From: a virus
IMG/VR virus record: IMGVR_UViG_3300009790_002068
Location: 19,165 to 83,164 of that record
Direction: 5' to 3' (one strand)
DNA length: 64,000 bases
Position 1 is the stretch's first letter; the number at the start of each line of letters is the position of its first letter. Below the pieces are notes generated by a model. That model was given only the letters and a program-made list of their open reading frames with translations, made no database searches and was not told the DNA's origin. The position numbers were made by a program, and so were the translations under genes. This document shows positions 56,481 through 64,000 of this stretch, one piece after another.

Positions 56481-56494
56481 GTATTTATAAATAC
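56481..56494. promoter_or_regulatory. Palindromic bidirectional late promoter
   Basis: Perfect palindrome GTATTTATAAATAC with TATAAATA on both strands, between divergent genes. Confidence 0.7.
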
Positions 56495-56521
56495 TACTGA
56501 CAAGACGAGAGGGGAAATGTT

Positions 56522-57001
56522 TTGGATCCAATTACGGCAGTAGCGACAGCAACCGCGGCCTTCAATACGATTAAACAAGGTTTTCAAGCAGGTAGAGATA
56601 TTGAAGGTATGGCAGGCGACTTAGGTCGCTGGATGGGTGCTGTTTCAGACATTAAAAAAGCAGAAGAATATTCTAAAAATCCTCCACTATTTAAAAAGTT
56701 ATTTAAAGCAGGTTCAGTAGAAGAAGAAGCATTAGCGGCCTTTATGGCTAAAAAGAAAGCTGAAGATATGAGAGCTCAACTTCGAGATATTATTTCATTT
56801 TCTCGAGGACCTAGTGCCTGGAATGATCTTTTAAAAACAGAAGCAGATATAAGAAAGAAAAGGCAAGATGCAATATACAATCAAAAAGAACGCCAAAGAA
56901 AGTTCTTTGAGGTTATTGCTGTTGTACTTGCCTGTCTTTTATGTGTGGCAGTAGTAGGTGGTATAGTTTATCTAATAATGTTAGATAGGGGAATGGTGTA
57001 A
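56522..57001 (+). CDS. Hypothetical protein with C-terminal TM anchor
   Basis: MDPITAVATATAAF...GSVEEEAL pattern; TTG start after GAGGGG. Confidence 0.72.
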   Translation: MDPITAVATATAAFNTIKQGFQAGRDIEGMAGDLGRWMGAVSDIKKAEEYSKNPPLFKKLFKAGSVEEEALAAFMAKKKAEDMRAQLRDIISFSRGPSAWNDLLKTEADIRKKRQDAIYNQKERQRKFFEVIAVVLACLLCVAVVGGIVYLIMLDRGMV

Positions 57002-57008
57002 GAGGCAG

Positions 57009-57056
57009 TTATCTGCCACTTACAAAATCATTCTCTTCATCTGTATAAGGCCACAT
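57009..57056 (-). CDS. Micro-ORF, 15 aa (MWPYTDEENDFVSGR)
   Basis: TAATG-coupled to the upstream ORF. Confidence 0.35.
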   Translation of the reverse strand: MWPYTDEENDFVSGR

Positions 57057-57220
57057 TATTTTTGTACCATTAATGCTTTAGCTTGTTTATGGTAACCCAT
57101 TCTTGCCAATTCAGCAGATGCTCTAGCTCTACCAATAGTTTCTGATGTTTCTATTACTGATTTGCCAAATTTTCTTAGTGATTCACATAAAGAACAATAC
57201 GCCATTGTTATTGTAGTCAT
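57056..57220 (-). CDS. Small protein, 54 aa (not in ORF track)
   Basis: MTTITMAYCSLCESLRKFG...IGRARASAELARMGYHKQAKALM; TAATG-coupled. Confidence 0.7.
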   Translation of the reverse strand: MTTITMAYCSLCESLRKFGKSVIETSETIGRARASAELARMGYHKQAKALMVQK

Positions 57221-57399
57221 TATCTAATATACCTCTTATCTTTAGGACCTTTGCCTTCATTATCTAACATATATTGATAAGCATATTGCCAATCATTTCT
57301 GTATTCAGTTTTAGCATAGTCAAGGTATTCTTTGTTGATTTCTTTGATATTAGGGCGTATCAAAAACGCCGCAAGGTTAGTGAATAGTCGTTGAACCAT
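57220..57399 (-). CDS. Small protein, 59 aa (not in ORF track)
   Basis: MVQRLFTNLAAF...YAKTEYRNDWQYAY; GGAG RBS. Confidence 0.7.
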   Translation of the reverse strand: MVQRLFTNLAAFLIRPNIKEINKEYLDYAKTEYRNDWQYAYQYMLDNEGKGPKDKRYIR

Positions 57400-57424
57400 T
57401 TTGTTTTCTCCGTATATATAAATT

Positions 57425-57550
57425 TTACTCGATGCTTAAGGAAAGCAATACCGCGGTCTTTTCCGCTGTCAGTCTGTTGTAAGGCGTAGCCACCGCCCTA
57501 GTCTTTCCTAGAGTCACTCTTTTTTTCTGAGCCGAGGACGCTCTTTGGAC
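57425..57550 (-). ncRNA. Putative structured leader/ncRNA
   Basis: GC-rich non-coding island with five consecutive hairpins, between a TATAAATA box and the small-ORF operon. Confidence 0.55.
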
Positions 57551-57589
57551 AAAAACAAAATGAATATTTGTTGTATCTTTATCCACCTT

Positions 57590-57597
57590 TATTTATA
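57590..57597 (-). promoter_or_regulatory. T4-type late promoter box
   Basis: TATAAATA on the minus strand, ~40 nt upstream of the structured RNA. Confidence 0.6.
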
Positions 57598-57651
57598 ATT
57601 GTAGAATAGAAATAGCTCTGTTATAGAAACAAAGCTGTTATGCTTTTTTGC

Positions 57652-58899
57652 TTAATCTAAAAGTGATGTCATTGAGAACTGGTGAGTGAATGTTCCGCCT
57701 TCTTTAAACGGAACTGTAAATTTGACAAACTCTTTTCCTGAGCTATCTTTAATAACCAATAAACAAGAAACAGTTTCTTCTTTATTAGGAAACTTCCATT
57801 CAAATTCCCAGTCTGATTTTAATGTGTCGTATAGTTCTTTAAATTTAGGACTTGTTCTACTGCTAACTGTTTTCTTTGCTTTGCCAACTTTACCTACAGC
57901 AAGATAAACATCATCTGCTCCATCAAGTCCTAGTAAGTTTAGCATTCTTTCATTGATTCTTTTCTTATTCTTTTCTGTATAAAAATAACTCCACATATCA
58001 TCAAATAGTAAAGTTCTCATACTTTGGTAGCCTTTATTAGCTGTAATATAAGCATTGGCATTTTCTCTACCAGAGCCACCTTCTTTGTACCATGGCTGGT
58101 CACTAAACTCATCTGGATTCTTTTTAATCTTTCTCCAGTTATCAGTAATGCTTAAAACATTTTCAATCTTTTCTTTATACTCGTCTGCTTTACTTTGTTC
58201 TAAAGCATCTAAGAAACTTGCTATAGCATTTTTACCTACAGGTGGATTATCATTACCTATTAGTACTCTATTAATCCATGAAGCAAACGTGGCATTATAA
58301 ACATTAACACCACTAGCAGAATTGTATAGTTTCAAACTAGCTTTAATTGTATCAACAACTTCTTCTGTGCTTTTCTTTTTAATTGTAACTGTAATATCTT
58401 CTTTACCAGAGCCCATAGCTTCTACACCATCATGCTTAATAGATACATCAATAAATGCTAGGTCGTTTGCTTCTGATAATTCTTTATATAATAATTTTGC
58501 TGTAGCTTCTGAGCCTTCTTCAGCTCTTTGAATTTCGCTTTTTACTTGAGCTTCACCTTCTTTGAAATTTTCTGTATGGTCTAAGATATATTGTCTATAT
58601 CCTTCATATGTAGCTTTTAATCCAGGACCTGGACTAGTAACATCAACGCCAGCTTCTTGTAAAGCTACGCCTAATTTATAGGCTACAGCGTGTTCGTTAA
58701 AATAGCCTATCATTCCTGTTAAGCCTTTTGGATTAATTTCTTCTTTTATCACTCTTGGTATCTTAAAACTAGTTTCCTCACCAAATCCTAGACTATTAAT
58801 AGCATTAGATACAGCACTAACAATTCTTCCATAAATCTTACGAAAGAAATCGCCAACCTTTGATAATATACCTTCAGATAAAAATTCTTTTGCTCTCAT
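57652..58899 (-). CDS. Hypothetical late protein with capsid-targeting-like N-terminus; possible PD-(D/E)xK nuclease
   Basis: MRAKEFLSE N-terminus; E...KEDITV...KASLK; GATAAATA box upstream. Confidence 0.5.
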   Translation of the reverse strand: MRAKEFLSEGILSKVGDFFRKIYGRIVSAVSNAINSLGFGEETSFKIPRVIKEEINPKGLTGMIGYFNEHAVAYKLGVALQEAGVDVTSPGPGLKATYEGYRQYILDHTENFKEGEAQVKSEIQRAEEGSEATAKLLYKELSEANDLAFIDVSIKHDGVEAMGSGKEDITVTIKKKSTEEVVDTIKASLKLYNSASGVNVYNATFASWINRVLIGNDNPPVGKNAIASFLDALEQSKADEYKEKIENVLSITDNWRKIKKNPDEFSDQPWYKEGGSGRENANAYITANKGYQSMRTLLFDDMWSYFYTEKNKKRINERMLNLLGLDGADDVYLAVGKVGKAKKTVSSRTSPKFKELYDTLKSDWEFEWKFPNKEETVSCLLVIKDSSGKEFVKFTVPFKEGGTFTHQFSMTSLLD

Positions 58900-58941
58900 T
58901 GTTTAAACGCCTTATGTATATAGAATATTTATCTAAATGTA

Positions 58942-59592
58942 TTAGCACTCGCCAGGGTCTGTTAGCCCTAGCTGGTTGAATCCCCACTCACGTTCTTTAC
59001 ACCACATACATTTATTACACCTTCCTACGGTATTTGCTGTACAACTGTGAGTTGGTTTTATTAGTTCCTCTGCTTGTAGCTTATAAAATAAGTCTATTAT
59101 ATGGTATTTGTAAAGAGGTAGAAATGGTGTTCTCACAACATCACTAATAACTCTCCACGGCCTTTCTCCTCTGCTATGCTGATCATTAAATCCAGCAAAC
59201 TCAGGGAAATCAAATCCTAATGGTATTTGATGATTAACTCCATCATATATTAATTTAAATCTGTTTGATTCTACTAATTCTTGTGTGGGTTTTAAACTGT
59301 TTTTCTCATCTGCTGTTCCAATAAGCTCTGGAGCAGAACCTGGGCGTTTTAACATTCTATAAACTGTGTCGTGTACATTATGAGAATGAGTTTTGGCATC
59401 ATCTGCCGATCTAGGAACACAAAATGTCTTAATGCTTATAGCTGGATTCATTACAGATAAAGCATAAAATAAAATAGCACTATCCATTCCACCGGATACA
59501 AATACTGCTATTTCATCTATATGTTTAGGTACAACTAAATCTATTACTCTTCGGTCCCACTTCGGACCTACAATAATTAAGTTCTCTTCCAT
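58942..59592 (-). CDS. QueC-like PP-loop ATPase, paralog 2
   Basis: SGGMDS, PFL.L.K and THSC......CNKCMWCKER.W Zn-site motifs. Confidence 0.78.
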   Translation of the reverse strand: MEENLIIVGPKWDRRVIDLVVPKHIDEIAVFVSGGMDSAILFYALSVMNPAISIKTFCVPRSADDAKTHSHNVHDTVYRMLKRPGSAPELIGTADEKNSLKPTQELVESNRFKLIYDGVNHQIPLGFDFPEFAGFNDQHSRGERPWRVISDVVRTPFLPLYKYHIIDLFYKLQAEELIKPTHSCTANTVGRCNKCMWCKEREWGFNQLGLTDPGEC

Positions 59593-60288
59593 TTAATCAG
59601 TCCTGCCAAAGCCCCACTCACGTTCTTTACAAAACCAACATTCTCCACAATGGTGACTAAAGTCGGTTGTATATGCTTCACAGCTTCTTGTCTGATCAAA
59701 CAAACTGCCAGGTTCCATTAGACTAAATTGATTATAGATTTCTGCTACACCTTTTTTATCTGTATTAATAAAAGGTCTATAACCCGGATGGCACCCGTCG
59801 TTATTAAATTGATCAAATACACCATGCCTCTCATACAACAATGGATCTGTTCCATCTTCGTCAAATTGTTCGTGTACCTCTTTAGGTGGGTTTTGTGTTA
59901 AACCCATATAATGTCGTTGTACACCTGTGTGGCCTGGTTCATCATTACAAGTATTATTATATGCTTGATCTAAAATAAGATCTTGTGTATCTGAATAATC
60001 CATATCACCTGATCTCATATTTGTTATATGGTCTATTACTTTTACACTAGGAAATTCTTTTTGTAACCATTTAATAACTTTTGTAGCAAACTCTACCTGA
60101 TATGCTTTAGTATCATAATCTGTTGTTACAATAACAACTTCTACATCTAGGTTTTGTTCGTGTATAGTTTTAAATATCATATAAGATACTCCAGCACTAT
60201 CAAGGCCACCGGATACTTTAATAGCAATTTTGCTTACATCTTTTAGGCTGGTAAAATCGTATGTGTCTTGGGAAGATTTGAATATCAT
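59593..60288 (-). CDS. QueC-like PP-loop ATPase, paralog 1
   Basis: SGGLDS, PFIN.DK and TRSC.......HCGECWFCKER.W motifs. Confidence 0.78.
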   Translation of the reverse strand: MIFKSSQDTYDFTSLKDVSKIAIKVSGGLDSAGVSYMIFKTIHEQNLDVEVVIVTTDYDTKAYQVEFATKVIKWLQKEFPSVKVIDHITNMRSGDMDYSDTQDLILDQAYNNTCNDEPGHTGVQRHYMGLTQNPPKEVHEQFDEDGTDPLLYERHGVFDQFNNDGCHPGYRPFINTDKKGVAEIYNQFSLMEPGSLFDQTRSCEAYTTDFSHHCGECWFCKEREWGFGRTD

Positions 60289-61196
60289 TATGCTCCTTCC
60301 TCGAACAGTTCGTTAAAGTTATTCATTGGTTCTACAACATCTTCTGGATTGTAATTCATTATTAATAGTTCAGTACGTTCAGGTCTTATACCTGTACCCA
60401 TTTTACCATCTTTACGAACTGCTCCTTCTTGTTTCTTAAGTCCGTTATTAGTATATGTAACTTCTTCATGCCAATAGTATTTGTTTCTAGGTAACATAGT
60501 TTCTAATTCAGGAAAATGATAATAGCTTAATGCCCATTTGCCTTTAGTATGTTTTAACATTTCTAATAATTCTATATGATCAAGTTTACCAAATTCATCT
60601 TCTGTATAATAACTTTCAAGTTTAAAATAAGGCGGATCAATATAGAAAAATGTGTCAGCATGATCATACTTTCTAATTAAATCTCTACAATCCATATTCT
60701 CAACTGTTAAGTGACTTAACTTGTCCAAGTATTTAACTTGTTGAAACTTTTCTGTAAAAGTCTTGAACTTCGGTTTATAGTTTTCGTTGTGATACATCTT
60801 TGTTGTTTTTGTTAAACCATTACCGCCACTGAATATCTGCATCTGTAATAACATATACTTCGCGGCTAAATCGTAATCTGGTATAGGAAATTTTTGATTA
60901 TAGATAGCAAATACTTCATCTCTGTATTCTATAAACTTATCTCCATCGCCTATGTCTTTATAATAGCTTAAACAAGTTTGTTCCATTTTAGCAGGATCTG
61001 TACTGCTACATAAGAACACGTTTGCTAAATGTCTATTAAAGTCATTATAAACATTAACAGTAGCAGGTAGCTTTCCGCTCATCCAGTACATCCACATAGC
61101 ACCACCAAACACTTCTATATACTTTGTAGTGTTTTCAGGAAAGAATGGATCTATCCATTTGCTGTGTTGTTTTTTACCACCTATATATGGAAACAT
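60288..61196 (-). CDS. DNA adenine methyltransferase (Dam/D12 class)
   Basis: YIGGK, EVFGGA, YND, FFYIDPPY and ELLIMNY motifs. Confidence 0.9.
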   Translation of the reverse strand: MFPYIGGKKQHSKWIDPFFPENTTKYIEVFGGAMWMYWMSGKLPATVNVYNDFNRHLANVFLCSSTDPAKMEQTCLSYYKDIGDGDKFIEYRDEVFAIYNQKFPIPDYDLAAKYMLLQMQIFSGGNGLTKTTKMYHNENYKPKFKTFTEKFQQVKYLDKLSHLTVENMDCRDLIRKYDHADTFFYIDPPYFKLESYYTEDEFGKLDHIELLEMLKHTKGKWALSYYHFPELETMLPRNKYYWHEEVTYTNNGLKKQEGAVRKDGKMGTGIRPERTELLIMNYNPEDVVEPMNNFNELFEEGA

Positions 61197-62335
61197 TATT
61201 CACCTGTTGTTGAGCTTTCGTAAATTGTGTTTAACTGATTTGACACTTGAATAAATGTAGCACACTTTGATAACCTTTTTAATTTATTAGCACCTACGTA
61301 GGTACAAGCACTTCTTACACCACCTAAAATATCTTGGATAGTATTATTAACTTCTCCTCTGTATGGAACTAATGCTGTACGACCTTCACTTGAACGATAG
61401 TCTTTTAATCCGTCAAAATGCTTTTCATTTGCTGTTTTTGAACTCATACCATAAAACTGTACAAACTGTTTTTCTTCTATTCGTCTGTTAGTACCGTTTG
61501 ACATTTCGTTAGTAACATATTTTTTAACAATAACTTCGCCACCACCTTCATTGTGTCCTGCTAACATTCCACCAAGCATTACAAAATCAGCACCTCCGGC
61601 AAATGCTTTTGCTACGTCTCCAGGGCAAGTACACCCACCGTCAGCAATAATATGACCACCCAAGCCGTGGGCGGCATCTGCACATTCAATAACTGCTGAT
61701 AACTGTGGATATCCAACTCCAGTTTTAAGTCTTGTTGTACAAACCGAGCCAGGTCCAATCCCAACCTTAACGATATCTGCTCCATTTAAAATTAACTCCT
61801 GTGTCTGATCTGATGTTACTACATTACCAGCAATAATAACAATCTCTGGATAGTTTGATCTAAACGTATTAATAAATTGTAAAAATCTTTCACTATATCC
61901 ATTTGCTACATCGATACAAACATATTTTAACTTGTTTCCTGTTTGCTCGTATACATCACGAAACTTTTGATGATCGTGATCTAAAATTCCAATACTCATT
62001 GCTACGTTATTTTTACGATCGTTTGTATCAACATCAAAATAACTTACAAGTTCATTAACACTATAAGTTTTAACCAAGCAAGTAAAAATACGTTGCTTTG
62101 CTAAAGTGTCAGCCATTTCAAATGTACCAACACCATCCATATTACTTGCCATTAATGGAATACCTAAAAAGTCTCCGTGTTCTTCACGTCTGCTTTTTCC
62201 TGGTTCACCCGGCTTGTAATTATGGTATGTAAATCTACGTTGTAAATCTACTGCTTTTCTAGAACCCAATGTACTACGTTTAGGTCTCATTAATACATCT
62301 GAATAATCTAGTTTAATATCTGGTTCAATTCTCAT
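61196..62335 (-). CDS. guaC: GMP reductase
   Basis: [41 protein letters not shown] and YRSSEG motifs. Confidence 0.95.
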   Translation of the reverse strand: MRIEPDIKLDYSDVLMRPKRSTLGSRKAVDLQRRFTYHNYKPGEPGKSRREEHGDFLGIPLMASNMDGVGTFEMADTLAKQRIFTCLVKTYSVNELVSYFDVDTNDRKNNVAMSIGILDHDHQKFRDVYEQTGNKLKYVCIDVANGYSERFLQFINTFRSNYPEIVIIAGNVVTSDQTQELILNGADIVKVGIGPGSVCTTRLKTGVGYPQLSAVIECADAAHGLGGHIIADGGCTCPGDVAKAFAGGADFVMLGGMLAGHNEGGGEVIVKKYVTNEMSNGTNRRIEEKQFVQFYGMSSKTANEKHFDGLKDYRSSEGRTALVPYRGEVNNTIQDILGGVRSACTYVGANKLKRLSKCATFIQVSNQLNTIYESSTTGE

Positions 62336-62735
62336 TACACACCCTTCTTCTTAGATCACTGGAACTAAACCTGTGATCTCTTTTATTAAAGTATAATTCA
62401 ATTCCTCTTTTTTGACAAACACTTTCTCCTGTAAAGTCTTTGTCTTTATATTCAACACCTAAAATTCTAATATCAATATGGTACATTGATAAAATATCTT
62501 CTAAGTCTTGCTCTGTTTGATAAGGTATAATTTCATTAACATAACTTACTGCTTTTAATTGTGTATACCTTTCTACTAACGATTGTATTGGACTATTTTT
62601 TTCTGGTCTGTCTAATTGTGGATTTGTTTGTAAACCACAAATCAAATAATCACATTGTTCTTTTGCTTCTCTCAACATTTGTATATGACCAGCATGAAGT
62701 AAGTCAAATGTTGAACAAGTAAATCCTACTTTCAT
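62325..62735 (-). CDS. Cytidylyltransferase (TagD-like)
   Basis: TFDLLHAGH (HxGH) and R.H.FSSS.LR motifs. Confidence 0.9.
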   Translation of the reverse strand: MKVGFTCSTFDLLHAGHIQMLREAKEQCDYLICGLQTNPQLDRPEKNSPIQSLVERYTQLKAVSYVNEIIPYQTEQDLEDILSMYHIDIRILGVEYKDKDFTGESVCQKRGIELYFNKRDHRFSSSDLRRRVCNEN

Positions 62736-62923
62736 ACTGAATAACTATCCTTTGGTTTACAAATATATTCTACACTATCCCAATCTCCATCAGGTGGTAT
62801 ATCTTGAAACCTTACTAACATTGTTTCACAAGCTGTTCTATCTTCAAAGTGTTGTATGTCTTGTGATAGGCAAGTACTGCCGGCACAAACTGTTAGTAAT
62901 AAATGCCATATGATTCCTTCCAT
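62732..62923 (-). CDS. Small Cys-containing hypothetical protein
   Basis: 63-aa ORF coupled to both neighbours. Confidence 0.6.
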   Translation of the reverse strand: MEGIIWHLLLTVCAGSTCLSQDIQHFEDRTACETMLVRFQDIPPDGDWDSVEYICKPKDSYSV

Positions 62924-63459
62924 TACTTTTTAACTCCTAAATGTTTCATACTCTGTTGGACACATTTTGCCTGATAATAACAATCAGCCAAAGCATTATG
63001 TAAATCTTGTTGTATTGCTTTACGTGGATCAACTGGCATTAAACTAAACAAAGTTCTTGAATCTCTGATTTGCCAAAAGTTCCATGGTAAAGGTGTTTCC
63101 TTTTGTCTGTATAAATGTTCAAGCATAACAATATCAAAGCAAGGACCTTGAGCCCATATATAATCTACACCTACTAAACTTTTATTAATAATTTGTAATG
63201 CTTCTGTTAATGATGTTCTACCATCATCTGTTAATGCTTCATCTCTTACTTTAGGATCTTGCTTTGACCACCAAGCCAAAGTATCTTCATCTACTTTTCT
63301 ACCTAAAGTATTTTGTTCGTCAATGTCTAATTTTAAATATTGTCCGTCATAAGGTTCGTTGTCAGAAAAAGGATCGAACTTAATAACACCTAATGATATG
63401 ATAACACTATCAGGCTGTGTGCCTAATGTTTCTAAATCTATCATGCTGTGTATAGCCAC
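62923..63459 (-). CDS. DEDDh 3'-5' exonuclease (DnaQ/DexA-like)
   Basis: MIDLETLG, W.QG..FD, RDSRT and HNALADC motifs. Confidence 0.9.
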   Translation of the reverse strand: MAIHSMIDLETLGTQPDSVIISLGVIKFDPFSDNEPYDGQYLKLDIDEQNTLGRKVDEDTLAWWSKQDPKVRDEALTDDGRTSLTEALQIINKSLVGVDYIWAQGPCFDIVMLEHLYRQKETPLPWNFWQIRDSRTLFSLMPVDPRKAIQQDLHNALADCYYQAKCVQQSMKHLGVKK

Positions 63460-63462
63460 TTA

Positions 63463-63771
63463 CTACTCCCTTTCTACTTTTACTTGTAAAGGAAATCCTC
63501 TTCCCCTAGCAAGTACAGTTACTTCAATACCTTTCTGTTCTGCTAACTCAAAAGGCAATAGAGCTACAACGGCTGAACCGTCATCATGAATTTTTACTGT
63601 AATTTCTTCTGCCGAGGTTGGATTATAGTCAAAAATATCTAGTAAAGTTTCAATAACAAACTCCATAGTAGTAAGCTCGTCATTGATGTAAATTACTTTA
63701 TACAAACCAGGCTCTTTTACTTCCTGATGTGATTTGGTTGTTGGTTTTTCTTTGATTTGTGTATCAGTCAT
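63463..63771 (-). CDS. clpS: ClpS N-degron adaptor
   Basis: P.LYKVIYINDE.TTMEFV...L..IF, IH..G.A.V, AEQK and FPL motifs. Confidence 0.93.
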   Translation of the reverse strand: MTDTQIKEKPTTKSHQEVKEPGLYKVIYINDELTTMEFVIETLLDIFDYNPTSAEEITVKIHDDGSAVVALLPFELAEQKGIEVTVLARGRGFPLQVKVERE

Positions 63772-63794
63772 ATTTGCCTCTTAAATGTATTACT

Positions 63795-63823
63795 ATTATA
63801 GCTGATACTAGACTGAATGTCAA
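63795..63823 (-). promoter_or_regulatory. Consensus sigma70 promoter for the clpS operon
   Basis: Minus strand TTGACA-17 nt-TATAAT. Confidence 0.85.
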
Positions 63824-63825
63824 GT

Positions 63826-63865
63826 AAAAAGATAGGGCTTAATCCAAAAAAGACTAGCCCTATCT
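63826..63865 (-). terminator. Rho-independent terminator after hsp20
   Basis: AGATAGGGCT...AGCCCTATCT stem followed by a T-run on the minus strand. Confidence 0.75.
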
Positions 63866-63880
63866 ACCAAATTAAGTGAG

Positions 63881-64000
63881 TTACTTAATTTCGACTGTTC
63901 TTGGCTTTTTGGCCTCTGGAACAATCTTTTCCAATGATACCTTCAATAGGCCATCTTTCAACTCGGCTCCATTTACTACCACATCATCAGCAATCGTAAA
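63881..64000 (-). CDS. Small heat-shock protein Hsp20/IbpA, C-terminus (partial)
   Basis: FTIADDVVVNGAELKDGLLKVSLEKIVPEAKKPRTVEIK*. Confidence 0.9.
   Translation of the reverse strand, partial: FTIADDVVVNGAELKDGLLKVSLEKIVPEAKKPRTVEIK

Noticed and set aside
1-64000. CRISPR array, integrase/transposase, introns/inteins, reverse transcriptase or DGR
   Set aside because: No regularly spaced repeats, no recognisable mobile-element enzymes and no interrupted conserved genes were seen.
1-64000. Stop-codon recoding (alternative genetic code)
   Set aside because: Conserved genes are full length under code 11; TAA, TAG and TGA all terminate genes; tRNA-Trp has a normal CCA anticodon and no suppressor tRNA is present.
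1-64000. Bacterial chromosome origin
   Set aside because: Host-like genes (clpP, guaC, folE, csgG) are embedded among T4-like PolB, clamp and RNase H genes, dense small hypothetical ORFs and late-promoter boxes, which indicates a large phage.

Overview
A 64-kb segment of an AT-rich large tailed-phage genome (T4-like/jumbo myovirus style; probably marine, with a Gram-negative host; standard genetic code). Genes run almost entirely on + from 1 to ~31.7 kb and mostly on - after that. Contents: (i) replication genes (family-B DNA polymerase C-terminus, sliding clamp, T4-type RNase H); (ii) a dispersed 7-deazaguanine module (TGT/DpdA-like transglycosylase, DpdL-like T-fold protein, FolE, QueD, QueE, YhhQ transporter, two QueC-like ATPases) interleaved with a glycosyltransferase and nucleotide-sugar enzymes, with small pseudoknot-like leaders in front of folE and queD; (iii) five tRNAs; (iv) host-like auxiliary genes (peroxiredoxin, cold-shock protein, ClpP, ClpS, Hsp20, GuaC, PRTase, UvdE, SpeD, Dam-like methylase); (v) a lipoprotein subtilase with an autotransporter-like tail; (vi) a MoxR AAA+/vWA-metallopeptidase pair; (vii) arrays of tailoring enzymes (adenylation enzymes, TauD, nitroreductase, methyltransferases, radical SAM, amidinotransferase, ATE-like transferase); (viii) a curli-like secretion operon with FecR and a CHASE2 adenylate cyclase; (ix) a structured leader RNA in front of three micro-ORFs. 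Sigma70-like early promoters, TA(T)AAATA-type late promoters and an apparent avoidance of GCWGC are visible. All family calls come from motif recognition by eye, with no database searches.
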